NCBI GenBank assembly: GCA_964016885.1
Contig: CAXHJY010000392.1
Span: forward strand, 31,001 to 95,000
DNA length: 64,000 nucleotides
Direction of reading: 5' to 3'
DNA from: Eledone cirrhosa
Lineage: Eukaryota
This document shows, piece after piece, positions 13,101 to 26,700 of the stretch; the first letter of the stretch is position 1; the number at the start of each line of letters is the position of its first letter. The notes under the pieces were generated by a model. It ran no database searches. It had not been told where the DNA came from and saw only the letters and a program-made list of their open reading frames with translations. A program made the translations under genes and the position numbers.

Positions 13101-15480
13101 CCCAAAACGTCGTTCTTCACCAAGCTATCTTTCTCTACATTGTCTTCCCCAAAACTTCGTTCTTCACCAAGCTATCTTTCTCTACCTTGTCTTTCATCAA
13201 AACGTCGTTCTTCACCAAGCTCTCTTTCTCTACCTTGTCTTCCCCCAAAACTTCTTTCTTCACCAAGCTATCTTTCTCTACCTTGAATTCCCCCAAAACT
13301 TCGTTCTTCACCAATCTATCTTTCTCTGCCTTGTCTTCCCCCAAAACTTCGTTCTTCACCAAGCTATCTTTCTCTACCTTGTCTTCACACAAAACTTCGT
13401 TCTTCACCAAGCTATCTTTCTCTACCTTGTCTTCCCACAAAACGTCATTCTTCACCAAGTTATCTTTCTCTACCTTGTCTTCCGTCAAAACTTCTTTCTT
13501 CACCAAGATATCTTTCTCTACCTTGTCTTCTCCCAAAACTTCGTTCTTCACCAAGCTATCTTTCTCTACCTTGTCTTCCCTCAGAACTTCGTTCTTCACC
13601 AAGCTATCTTTCTCTACCTTGTCTTCCCCGAAAACTTCGTTCTTCACCAAGCTATCTTTCTCTACATTGTCTTCCCCAAAACTTCGTTCTTCACCAAGCT
13701 ATCTTTCTCTACCTTGTCTTTCATCAAAACGTCGTTCTTCACCAAGCTCTCTTTCTCTACCTTGTCTTCCCCCAAAACTTCGTTCTTCGCCAAGCTATCT
13801 TTCTCTACCTTGTCTTCCCCAAAAACTTCGTTCTTCACCAAGCTATCTTTCTCTACCTTGTCTTCCCACAAAACATCGTTCTTCACCAAGCTATCTTTCT
13901 CTACCTTGTCTTCCCTCAAAACGTCGTTCTTCACCAAGCTATCTTTCTCTACCTTGTCTTCTCTCAAAACATCGTTCTTCACCAAGCTATCTTTCTCTAC
14001 CTTGTCTTCCCTCAAAACTTCGTTCTTCACCAAGCTATCTTTCTCTACCTTGTCTTCCCCCAAAACTTCGTTCTTCACCAATTCATCTTTCTCTACCTTG
14101 TCTTCCCTCAAAACTTCGTTCTTCACCAAGCTATCTTTCTCTACCTTTCCTTCCCCTAAAACTTCGTTCTTCACCAAGCTATCTTTCTCTACCTTGTCTT
14201 CCCCCAAAACTTCGTTCTTCACCAAGCTATCTTTCTCTACATTGTCTTCCCCAAAACTTCGTTCTTCACCAAGCTATCTTTCACGACCTTGTCTTCCCTC
14301 AAAACGTCGTTCTTCACCAAGCTATCTTTCTCTACCTTGTCTTCCCCCAAACTTCGTTCTTCACCAAGCTATCTTTCTCTACCTTGTCTTCCCCCAAAAC
14401 TTCGTTCTTCACCAAGCTATCTTTCTCTACCTCGTCTTCCCTCAAAACTTTGTTCTTCACCAAGCTATCTTTCTCTACCTTGTCTTCCCCCAAAACTTCG
14501 TTCTTCACCAAGCTATCTTTCTCTACCTTGTCTTCCCCCAAAACTTCGTTCTTCACCAAGCTATCTTTCTCTACCTTGTCTTCCCTCAAAACGTCGTTCT
14601 TCACCAAGCTATCTTTCTCTACCTTGTCTTCCCCCAAAACTTCGTTCTTCACCAAGCTATCTTTCTCTACCTTGTCTTCCCCCAAAACTTCGTTCTTCAC
14701 CAAGCTATCTTTCTCTACCTCGTCTTCCCTCAAAACTTCGTTCTTCACCAAGCTATCTTTCTCTACCTTGTCTTCCCCCAAAACTTCGTTCTTCACCAAG
14801 TCATCTTTCTCTACCTTGTCTTCCCTCAAAACTTCGTTCTTCACCAAGCTATCTTTCTCTACCTTGTCTTCCCCTAAAACTTCGTTCTTCACCAAGCTAT
14901 CTTTCTCTACCTTATCTTCCCCCAAAACTTCGTTCTTCACCAAGCTATCTTTCTCTACCTTGTCTTCCCCCAAAACTTCGTTCTTCACCAAGCTATCTTT
15001 CTCTACCTTGTCTTCCCTCAAAACGTCGTTCTTCACCAAGCTATCTTTCTCTACCTTGTCTTCCCCCAAAACTTCGTTCTTCACCAAGCTATCTTTCTCT
15101 ACCTCGTCTTCCCTCAAAACTTCGTTCTTCACCAAGCTATCTTTCCCTACCTTGTCTTCCCACAAAACGTCATTCTTCACCAAGCTATCTTTCTCTAACT
15201 TGTCTTCCCTCAAAACGTCGTTCTTCACCAAGCTATCTTTCTCTACCTTGTCTTCCCCCAAAACTTCGTTCTTCACCAAGCTATCTTTCTCTACCTTGTC
15301 TTCCCCCAAAACTTCGTTCTTCGCAAGCTATCTTTCTCTACCTTGTCTTCCCCCAAAACTTCGTTCTTCAGCAAGCTATCTTTCTCTACCTTGTCTTCCC
15401 CTAAAACTTCGTTCTTCACCAAGCTATCTTTCTCTACCTCGTCTTCCCACAAAACGTCGTTCTTCACCAAGCTATCTTTC
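3490..15480. repeat. Near-identical tandem duplication of a 5,988-bp (125-monomer) block
   Basis: ORF pairs 3990/9978, 4319/10307, 4994/10982, 5996/11984, 6725/12713, 7147/13135, 7674/13662, 8301/14289 and 9303/15291 all differ by 5,988 = 125x48-12, and I count twelve 47-mers per unit. I saw only a few differences between copies (~6191/12179, ~7246/13234, ~7975/13963). Confidence 0.95.
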
Positions 15481-16360
15481 TCTACCTTGTCTTCCCTCAA
15501 AACGTCGTTCTTCACCAAGCTATCTTTCTCTACCTTGTCTTCCCTCAAAACATCGTTCTTCACCAAGCTATCTTTCTCTACCTTGTCTTCCCCCAAAACT
15601 TCGTTCTTCACCAAGCTATCTTTCTCTAGCTTGTCTTCACACAAAACTTCGTTCTTCACCAAGCTATCTTTCTCTACCTTGTCTTCCCACAAAACGTCAT
15701 TCTTCACCAAGCTATCTTTCTCTACCTTGTCTTCCGTCGAAACTTCGTTCTTCACCAAGATATCTTTCTCTACCTTGTTTTCTCCCAAAACTTCGTTCTT
15801 CACCAAGCTATCTTTCTCTAGCTTGTCTTCACACAAAACTTCGTTCTTCACCAAGCTATCTTTCTCTACCTTGTCTTCCCACAAAACGTCATTCTTCACC
15901 AAGCTATCTTTCTCAACCTTGTCTTCCGTCGAAACTTCGTTCTTCACCAAGCTATCTTTATCTACCTTGTTTTCTCCCAAAACTTCGTTCTTCACCAAGC
16001 TATCTTTCTCTACCTTGTCTTGCCTCAGAACTTCGTTCTTCAACAAGCTATCTTTCTCTACCTTGTCTTCCCTAAAAACGTCGTTCTTCACCAAGCTATC
16101 TTTCTCTACCTTTTCTTCCCTCAAAACATCGTTCTTCACCAAGCTATCTTTCTCTACCTTGTCTTCACACAAAACTTCGTTCTTCACCAAGCTATCTTTC
16201 TCTACCTTGTCTTCCCACAAAACGTCATTCTTCACCAAGCTATCTTTCTCTACCTTGTCTTCCGTCAAAACTTCGTTCTTCACCAAGATATCCTTCTCTA
16301 CCTTGTCTTCTCCCAAAACTTCGTTCTTCACCAAGCTATCTTTCTCTACCTTGTCTTCCC
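10750..16360. repeat. Higher-order duplication, offset 3,307 bp (also ~4,760-6,200 vs ~8,070-9,500)
   Basis: ORF pairs 4994/8301, 10982/14289, 12036/15343 and 12713/16020 differ by 3,307. The rare CCAATTCATC variant marks the block start at ~4,783, ~8,090, ~10,771 and ~14,078. Confidence 0.88.
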
Positions 16361-19300
16361 CCAAAACTTCGTTCTTCACCAAGCTATCTTTCTCTACCTT
16401 GTCTTTCATCAAAACGTCGTTCTTCACCAAGCTCTCTTTCTCTACCTTGTCTTCCCCCAAAACTTCTTTCTTCACCAAGCTATCTTTCTCTACCTTGAAT
16501 TCCCCCAAAACTTCGTTCTTCACCAATCTATCTTTCTCTGCCTTGTCTTCCCCCAAAACTTCGTTCTTCACCAAGCTATCTTTCTCTACCTTGTCTTCAC
16601 ACAAAACTTCGTTCTTCACCAAGCTATCTTTCTCTACCTTGTCTTCCCACAAAACGTCATTCTTCACCAAGTTATCTTTCTCTACCTTGTCTTCCGTCAA
16701 AACTTCTTTCTTCACCAAGATATCTTTCTCTACCTTGTCTTCTCCCAAAACTTCGTTCTTCACCAAGCTATCTTTCTCTACCTTGTCTTCCCTCAGAACT
16801 TCGTTCTTCACCAAGCTATCTTTCTCTACCTTGTCTTCCCCGAAAACTTCGTTCTTCACCAAGCTATCTTTCTCTACATTGTCTTCCCCAAAACTTCGTT
16901 CTTCACCAAGCTATCTTTCTCTACCTTGTCTTTCATCAAAACGTCGTTCTTCACCAAGCTCTCTTTCTCTACCTTGTCTTCCCCCAAAACTTCGTTCTTC
17001 GCCAAGCTATCTTTCTCTACCTTGTCTTCCCCAAAAACTTCGTTCTTCACCAAGCTATCTTTCTCTACCTTGTCTTCCCACAAAACGTCGTTCTTCACCA
17101 AGCTATCTTTCTCTACCTTGTCTTCCCTCAAAACGTCGTTCTTCACCAAGCTATCTTTCTCTACCTTGTCTTCTCTCAAAACATCGTTCTTCACCAAGCT
17201 ATCTTTCTCTACCTTGTCTTCCCTCAAAACTTCGTTCTTCACCAAGCTATCTTTCTCTACCTTGTCTTCCCCCAAAACTTCGTTCTTCACCAAGCTATCT
17301 TTCTCTACCTTGTCTTCTCCCAAAACTTCGTTATTCACCAAGCTATCTTTCTCTACCTTGTCTTCCCTCAAAACTTCGTTCTTCACCAAGCTATCTTTCT
17401 CTACCTTGTCTTCCCCCAAAACTTCGTTCTTCACCAAGTCATCTTTCTCTACCTTGTCATCCCTCAAAACTTTGTTCTTCACCAATCTATCTTTCTCTAC
17501 CTTGTCTTCCCCCAAAACTTCGTTCTTCACCAAGCTATCTTTCTCTACCTTGTCTTCCCCCAAAACTTCTTTCTTCACCAAGTCATCTTTCTCTACCTTG
17601 TCATCCTTCAAAACTTCATTCTTCACCAATCTATCTTTCTCTGCCTTGTCTTCCCCCAAAACTTCGTTCTTCACCAAGCTATCTTTCTCTACCTTGTCTT
17701 CACACAAAACTTCGTTCTTCACCAAGCTATCTTTCTCTACCTTGTCTTCCCACAAAACGTCATTCTTCACCAAGCTATCTTTCTCTACCTTGTCTTCCGT
17801 CAAAACTTCTTTCTTCACCAAGATATCTTTCTCTACCTTGTCTTCTCCCAAAACTTCGTTCTTCACCAAGCTATCTTTCTCTACCTTGTCTTCCCCGAAA
17901 ACTTCGTTCTTCACCAAGCTATCTTTCTCTACCTTGTCTTCACACAAAACTTCGTTCTTCACCAAGCTATCTTTCTCTACCTTGTCTTCCCACAAAACGT
18001 CATTCTTCACCAAGCTATCTTTCTCTACCTTGTCTTTCGTCAAAACTTCGTTCTTCACCAAGATATCTTTCTCTACCTTGTCTCCTCCCAAAACTTCGTT
18101 CTTCACCAAGCTATCTTTCTCTACCTTGTCTTCCCTCAGAACTTCGTTCTTCACCAAGCTATCTTTCTCTACCTTGTCTTCCCCCAAAACTTCGTTCTTC
18201 ACCAAGCTATCTTTCTCTACATTGTCTTCCCCAAAACTTCGTTCTTCACCAAGCTATCTTTCTCTACCTTGTCTTCCCCCAAAACTTCGTTCTTCACCAA
18301 GCTATCTTTCTCTACCTCGTCTTCCCTCAAAACTTCGTTCTTCACCAAGCTATCTTTCTCTACCTTGTCTTCCCCCAAAACTTCGTTCTTCACCAAGCTA
18401 TCTTTCTCTACATTGTCTTCCCCAAAACTTCGTTCTTCACCAAGCTATCTTTCACGACCTTGTCTTCCCTCAAAACGTCGTTCTTCACCAAGCTATCTTT
18501 CTCTACCTTGTCTTCCCCCAAACTTCGTTCTTCACCAAGCTATCTTTCTCTACCTTGTCTTCCCCCAAAACTTCGTTCTTCACCAAGCTATCTTTCTCTA
18601 CCTCGTCTTCCCCCAAAACTTCGTTCTTCACCAAGCTATCTTTCTCTACCTTGTCTTCCTCCAAAACTTCGTTCTTCACCAAGCTATCTTTCTCTACCTT
18701 GTCTTCCCCCAAAACTTCGTTCTTCACCAAGCTATCTTTCTCTACCTTGTCTTCCCTCAAAACGTCGTTCTTCACCAAGCTATCTTTCTCTACCTTGTCT
18801 TCCCCCAAAACTTCGTTCTTCACCAAGCTATCTTTCTCTACCTTGTCTTCCCCCAAAACTTCGTTCTTCACCAAGCTATCTTTCTCTACCTCGTCTTCCC
18901 TCAAAATTTCGTTCTTCACCAAGCTATCTTTCTCTACCTTGTCTTCCCCCAAAACTTCGTTCTTCACCAAGTCATCTTTCTCTACCTTGTCTTCCCTCAA
19001 AACTTCGTTCTTCACCAAGCTATCTTTCTCTACCTTTCCTTCCCCTAAAACTTCGTTCTTCACCAAGCTATCTTTCTCTACCTTGTCTTCCCCCAAAACT
19101 TCGTTCTTCACCAAGCTATCTTTCTCTACATTGTCTTCCCCAAAACTTCGTTCTTCACCAAGCTATCTTTCACGACCTTGTCTTCCCTCAAAACGTCGTT
19201 CTTCACCAAGCTATCTTTCTCTACCTTGTCTTCCCCCAAACTTCGTTCTTCACCAAGCTATCTTTCTCTACCTTGTCTTCCCCCAAAACTTCGTTCTTCA

Positions 19301-19659
19301 CCAAGCTATCTTTCTCTACCTCGTCTTCCCTCAAAACTTTGTTCTTCACCAAGCTATCTTTCTCTACCTTGTCTTCCCCCAAAACTTCGTTCTTCACCAA
19401 GCTATCTTTCTCTACCTTGTCTTCCCCCAAAACTTCGTTCTTCACCAAGCTATCTTTCTCTACCTTGTCTTCCCTCAAAACGTCGTTCTTCACCAAGCTA
19501 TCTTTCTCTACCTTGTCTTCCCCCAAAACTTCGTTCTTCACCAAGCTATCTTTCTCTACCTTGTCTTCCCCAAAACTTCGTTCTTCACCAAGCTATCTTT
19601 CTCTACCTCGTCTTCCCTCAAAACTTCGTTCTTCACCAAGCTATCTTTCTCTACCTTGT

Positions 19660-22600
19660 CTTCCCCCAAAACTTCGTTCTTCACCAAGTCATCTTTCTCT
19701 ACCTTGTCTTCCCTCAAAACTTCGTTCTTCACCAAGCTATCTTTCTCTACCTTGTCTTCCCCTAAAACTTCGTTCTTCACCAAGCTATCTTTCTCTACCT
19801 TATCTTCCCCCAAAACTTCGTTCTTCACCAAGCTATCTTTCTCTACCTTGTCTTCCCCCAAAACTTCGTTCTTCACCAAGCTATCTTTCTCTACCTTGTC
19901 TTCCCTCAAAACGTCGTTCTTCACCAAGCTATCTATCTCTACCTTGTCTTCCCCCAAAACTTCGTTCTTCACCAAGCTATCTTTCTCTACCTCGTCTTCC
20001 CTCAAAACTTCGTTCTTCACCAAGCTATCTTTCTCTACCTTGTCTTCCCACAAAACGTCATTCTTCACCAAGCTATCTTTCTCTAACTTGTCTTCCCTCA
20101 AAACGTCGTTCTTCACCAAGCTATCTTTCTCTACCTTGTCTTCCCCCAAAACTTCGTTCTTCACCAAGCTATCTTTCTCTACCTTGTCTTCCCCCAAAAC
20201 TTCGTTCTTCGCAAGCTATCTTTCTCTACCTTGTCTTCCCCCAAAACTTCGTTCTTCAGCAAGCTATCTTTCTCTACCTTGTCTTCCCCTAAAACTTCGT
20301 TCTTCACCAAGTTATCTTTCTCTACCTCGTCTTCCCACAAAACGTCGTTCTTCACCAAGCTATCTTTCTCTACCTTGTCTTCCCTCAAAACGTCGTTCTT
20401 CACCAAGCTATCTTTCTCTACCTTGTCTTCCCTCAAAACATCGTTCTTCACCAAGCTATCTTTCTCTACCTTGTCTTCCCCCAAAACTTCGTTCTTCACC
20501 AAGCTATCTTTCTCTAGCTTGTCTTCACACAAAACTTCGTTCTTCACCAAGCTATCTTTCTCTACCTTGTCTTCCCACAAAACGTCATTCTTCACCAAGC
20601 TATCTTTCTCTACCTTGTCTTCCGTCGAAACTTCGTTCTTCACCAAGATATCTTTCTCTACCTTGTTTTCTCCCAAAACTTCGTTCTTCACCAAGCTATC
20701 TTTCTCTAGCTTGTCTTCACACAAAACTTCGTTCTTCACCAAGCTATCTTTCTCTACCTTGTCTTCCCACAAAACGTCATTCTTCACCAAGCTATCTTTC
20801 TCAACCTTGTCTTCCGTCGAAACTTCGTTCTTCACCAAGATATCTTTATCTACCTTGTTTTCTCCCAAAACTTCGTTCTTCACCAAGCTATCTTTCTCTA
20901 CCTTGTCTTGCCTCAGAACTTCGTTCTTCAACAAGCTATCTTTCTCTACCTTGTCTTCCCTAAAAACGTCGTTCTTCACCAAGCTATCTTTCTCTACCTT
21001 GTCTTCCCTCAAAACATCGTTCTTCACCAAGCTATCTTTCTCTACCTTGTCTTCACACAAAACTTCGTTCTTCACCAAGCTATCTTTCTCTACCTTGTCT
21101 TCCCACAAAACGTCATTCTTCACCAAGCTATCTTTCTCTACCTTGTCTTCCGTCAAAACTTCGTTCTTCACCAAGATATCTTTCTCTACCTTGTCTTCTC
21201 CCAAAACTTCGTTCTTCACCAAGCTATCTTTCTCTACCTTGTCTTCCCTCAGAAATTCGTTCTTCACCAAGCTATCTTTCTCTACCTTGTCTTCCCCCAA
21301 AACTTCGTTCTTCACCAAGTCATCTTTCTCTACCTTGTCTTCCCTCAAAACTTCGTTCTTCACCAAGCTATCTTTCTCTACCTTGTCTTACCCTAAAACT
21401 TCGTTCTTCACCAAGCTATCTTTCTCTACCTTATCTTCCCCCAAAACTTCGTTCTTCACCAAGCTATCTTTCTCTACCTTGTCTTCCCCCAAAACTTCGT
21501 TCTTCACCAAGCTATCTTTCTCTACCTTGTCTTCCCTCAAAACGTCGTTCTTCACCAAGCTATCTATCTCTACCTTGTCTTCCCCCAAAACTTCGTTCTT
21601 CACCAAGCTATCTTTCTCTACCTCGTCTTCCCTCAAAACTTCGTTCTTCACCAAGCTATCTTTCTCTACCTTGTCTTCCCACAAAACGTCATTCTTCACC
21701 AAGCTATCTTTCTCTAACTTGTCTTCCCTCAAAACGTCGTTCTTCACCAAGCTATCTTTCTCTACCTTGTCTTCCCCCAAAACTTCGTTCTTCACCAAGC
21801 TATCTTTCTCTACCTTGTCTTCCCCCAAAACTTCGTTCTTCGCAAGCTATCTTTCTCTACCTTGTCTTCCCCCAAAACTTCGTTCTTCAGCAAGCTATCT
21901 TTCTCTACCTTGTCTTCCCCTAAAACTTCGTTCTTCACCAAGTTATCTTTCTCTACCTCGTCTTCCCACAAAACGTCGTTCTTCACCAAGCTATCTTTCT
22001 CTACCTTGTCTTCCCTCAAAACGTCGTTCTTCACCAAGCTATCTTTCTCTACCTTGTCTTCCCTCAAAACATCGTTCTTCACCAAGCTATCTTTCTCTAC
22101 CTTGTCTTCCCCCAAAACTTCGTTCTTCACCAAGCTATCTTTCTCTAGCTTGTCTTCACACAAAACTTCGTTCTTCACCAAGCTATCTTTCTCTACCTTG
22201 TCTTCCCACAAAACGTCATTCTTCACCAAGCTATCTTTCTCTACCTTGTCTTCCGTCGAAACTTCGTTCTTCACCAAGATATCTTTCTCTACCTTGTTTT
22301 CTCCCAAAACTTCGTTCTTCACCAAGCTATCTTTCTCTAGCTTGTCTTCACACAAAACTTCGTTCTTCACCAAGCTATCTTTCTCTACCTTGTCTTCCCA
22401 CAAAACGTCATTCTTCACCAAGCTATCTTTCTCAACCTTGTCTTCCGTCGAAACTTCGTTCTTCACCAAGATATCTTTATCTACCTTGTTTTCTCCCAAA
22501 ACTTCGTTCTTCACCAAGCTATCTTTCTCTACCTTGTCTTGCCTCAGAACTTCGTTCTTCAACAAGCTATCTTTCTCTACCTTGTCTTCCCTAAAAACGT

Positions 22601-22930
22601 CGTTCTTCACCAAGCTATCTTTCTCTACCTTGTCTTCCCTCAAAACATCGTTCTTCACCAAGCTATCTTTCTCTACCTTGTCTTCACACAAAACTTCGTT
22701 CTTCACCAAGCTATCTTTCTCTACCTTGTCTTCCCACAAAACGTCATTCTTCACCAAGCTATCTTTCTCTACCTTGTCTTCCGTCAAAACTTCGTTCTTC
22801 ACCAAGATATCTTTCTCTACCTTGTCTTCTCCCAAAACTTCGTTCTTCACCAAGCTATCTTTCTCTACCTTGTCTTCCCTCAGAAATTCGTTCTTCACCA
22901 AGCTATCTTTCTCTACCTTGTCTTCCCCCA
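19660..22930. repeat. Tandem duplication of a 1,631-bp (34-monomer) block
   Basis: ORF pairs 20179/21810, 20231/21862 and 20908/22539 differ by 1,631 = 34x48-1. Private variants are ATCTATCTCT (~19,931/~21,562) and CAAGTTATC...CCTCG (~20,310/~21,941). Confidence 0.92.
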
Positions 22931-23769
22931 AAACGTCGTTCTTCACCAAGCTATCTTTCTCTACATTGTCTTCCCCAAAACTTCGTTCTTCACCAAGCTA
23001 TCTTTCTCTACCTTGTCTTTCATCAAAACGTCGTTCTTCACCAAGCTCTCTTTCTCTACCTTGTCTTCCCCCAAAACTTCTTTCTTCACCAAGCTATCTT
23101 TCTCTACCTTGAATTCCCCCAAAACTTCGTTCTTCACCAATCTATCTTTCTCTGCCTTGTCTTCCCCCAAAACTTCGTTCTTCACCAAGCTATCTTTCTC
23201 TACCTTGTCTTCACACAAAACTTCGTTCTTCACCAAGCTATCTTTCTCTACCTTGTCTTCCCACAAAACGTCATTCTTCACCAAGTTATCTTTCTCTACC
23301 TTGTCTTCCGTCAAAACTTCTTTCTTCACCAAGATATCTTTCTCTACCTTGTCTTCTCCCAAAACTTCGTTCTTCACCAAGCTATCTTTCTCTACCTTGT
23401 CTTCCCTCAGAACTTCGTTCTTCACCAAGCTATCTTTCTCTACCTTGTCTTCCCCGAAAACTTCGTTCTTCACCAAGCTATCTTTCTCTACATTGTCTTC
23501 CCCAAAACTTCGTTCTTCACCAAGCTATCTTTCTCTACCTTGTCTTTCATCAAAACGTCGTTCTTCACCAAGCTCTCTTTCTCTACCTTGTCTTCCCCCA
23601 AAACTTCGTTCTTCGCCAAGCTATCTTTCTCTACCTTGTCTTCCCCAAAAACTTCGTTCTTCACCAAGCTATCTTTCTCTACCTTGTCTTCCCACAAAAC
23701 GTCGTTCTTCACCAAGCTATCTTTCTCTACCTTGTCTTCCCTCAAAACGTCGTTCTTCACCAAGCTATC

Positions 23770-26700
23770 TTTCTCTACCTTGTCTTCTCTCAAAACATCG
23801 TTCTTCACCAAGCTATCTTTCTCTACCTTGTCTTCCCTCAAAACTTCGTTCTTCACCAAGCTATCTTTCTCTACCTTGTCTTCCCCCAAAACTTCGTTCT
23901 TCACCAAGCTATCTTTCTCTACCTTGTCTTCTCCCAAAACTTCGTTATTCACCAAGCTATCTTTCTCTACCTTGTCTTCCCTCAAAACTTCGTTCTTCAC
24001 CAAGCTATCTTTCTCTACCTTGTCTTCCCCCAAAACTTCGTTCTTCACCAAGTCATCTTTCTCTACCTTGTCATCCCTCAAAACTTTGTTCTTCACCAAT
24101 CTATCTTTCTCTACCTTGTCTTCCCCCAAAACTTCGTTCTTCACCAAGCTATCTTTCTCTACCTTGTCTTCCCCCAAAACTTCTTTCTTCACCAAGTCAT
24201 CTTTCTCTACCTTGTCATCCTTCAAAACTTCATTCTTCACCAATCTATCTTTCTCTGCCTTGTCTTCCCCCAAAACTTCGTTCTTCACCAAGCTATCTTT
24301 CTCTACCTTGTCTTCACACAAAACTTCGTTCTTCACCAAGCTATCTTTCTCTACCTTGTCTTCCCACAAAACGTCATTCTTCACCAAGCTATCTTTCTCT
24401 ACCTTGTCCTCCGTCAAAACTTCTTTCTTCACCAAGATATCTTTCTCTACCTTGTCTTCTCCCAAAACTTCGTTCTTCACCAAGCTATCTTTCTCTACCT
24501 TGTCTTCCCCGAAAACTTCGTTCTTCACCAAGCTATCTTTCTCTACATTGTCTTCCCCAAAACTTCGTTCTTCACAAAGCTATCTTTCTCTACCTTGTCT
24601 TTCATCAAAACGTCGTTCTTCACCAAGCTCTCTTTCTCTACCTTGTCTTCCCCCAAAACTTCGTTCTTCGCCAAGCTATCTTTCTCTACCTTGTCTTCCC
24701 CCAAAACTTCGTTCTTCACCAAGCTATCTTTCTCTACCTTGTCTTCCCACAAAACGTCGTTCTTCACCAAGCTATCTTTCTCTACCTTGTCTTCCCTCAA
24801 AACGTCGTTCTTCACCAAGCTATCTTTCTCTACCTTGTCTTCCCCCAAAACTTCGTTCTTCACCAAGCTATCTTTCTCTACCTTGTCTTCTCCCAAAACT
24901 TCGTTATTCACCAAGCTATCTTTCTCTACCTTGTCTTCCCTCAAAACTTCGTTCTTCACCAAGCTATCTTTCTCTACCTTGTCTTCCCCCAAAACTTCGT
25001 TCTTCACCAAGTCATCTTTCTCTACCTTGTCATCCCTCAACACTTTGTTCTTCACCAATCTATCTTTCTCTACCTTGTCTTCCCCCAAAACTTCGTTCTT
25101 CACCAAGCTATCTTTCTCTAGCTTGTCTTCACACAAAACTTCGTTCTTCACCAAGCTATCTTTCTCTACCTTGTCTTCCCACAAAACGTCATTCTTCACC
25201 AAGCTATCTTTCTCTACCTTGTCTTCCGTCAGAACTTCGTTCTTCACCAAGATATCTTTCTCTACCTTGTCTTCTCCCAAAACTTCGTTCTTCACCAAGC
25301 TATCTTTCTCTACCTTGTCTTCCCTCAGAACTTCGTTCTTCACCAAGCTATCTTTCTCTACCTTGTCTTCCCCGAAAACTTCGTTCTTCACCAAGCTATC
25401 TTTCTCTACATTGTCTTCCCCAAAACTTCGTTCTTCACCAAGCTATCTTTCTCTACCTTGTCTTTCATCAAAACGTCGTTCTTCACCAAGCTCTCTTTCT
25501 CTACCTTGTCTTCCCCCAAAACTTCGTTCTTCGCCAAGCTATCTTTCTCTACCTTGTCTTCCCCCAAAACTTCGTTCTTCACCAAGCTATCTTTCTCTAC
25601 CTTGTCTTCCCACAAAACGTCGTTCTTCACCAAGCTATCTTTCTCTACCTTGTCGTCCCTCAAAACGTCGTTCTTCACCAAGCTATCTTTCTCTACCTTG
25701 TCTTCTCCCAAAACTTCGTTATTCACCAAGCTATCTTTCTCTACCTTGTCTTCCCTCAAAACTTCGTTCTTCACCAAGCTATCTTTCTCTACCTTGTCTT
25801 CCCCCAAAACTTCGTTCTTCACCAAGTCATCTTTCTCTACCTTGTCATCCCTCAAAACTTTGTTCTTCACCAATCTATCTTTCTCTACCTTGTCTTCCCC
25901 CAAAACTTCGTTCTTCACCAAGCTATCTTTCTCTAGCTTGTCTTCACACAAAACTTCGTTCTTCACCAAGCTATCTTTCTCTACCTTGTCTTCCCACAAA
26001 ACGTCATTCTTCACCAAGCTATCTTTCTCTACCTTGTCTTCCGTCAAAACTTCGTTCTTCACCAAGATATCTTTCTCTACCTTGTCTCCTCCCAAAACTT
26101 CGTTCTTCACCAAGCTATCTTTCTCTACCTTGTCTTCCCTCAGAACTTCGTTCTTCACCAAGCTATCTTTCTCTACCTTGTCTTCCCCCAAAACTTCGTT
26201 CTTCACCAAGCTATCTTTCTCTACATTGTCTTCCCCAAAACTTCGTTCTTCACCAAGCTATTTTTCACGACCTTGTCTTCCCTCAAAACGTCGTTCTTCA
26301 CCAAGCTATCTTTCTCTACCTCGTCTTCCCCCAAACTTCGTTCTTCACCAAGCTATCTTTCCCTACCTTGTCTTCCCCCAAAACTTCGTTCTTCACCAAG
26401 CTATCTTTCTCTACCTCGTCTTCCCTCAAAACTTTGTTCTTCACCAAGCTATCTTTCTCTACCTTGTCTTCCCCCAAAACTTCGTTCTTCACCAAGCTAT
26501 CTTTCTCTACCTTGTCTTCCCCCAAAACTTCGTTCTTCACCAAGCTATCTTTCTCTACCTTGTCTTCCCTCAAAACGTCGTTCTTCACCAAGCTATCGTT
26601 CTCTACCTTGTCTTCCCCCAACACTTCGTTCTTCACCAAGCTATCTTTCTCTACCTTGTCTTCCCCCAAAACGTCGTTCTTCACCAAGCTATCTTTCTCT

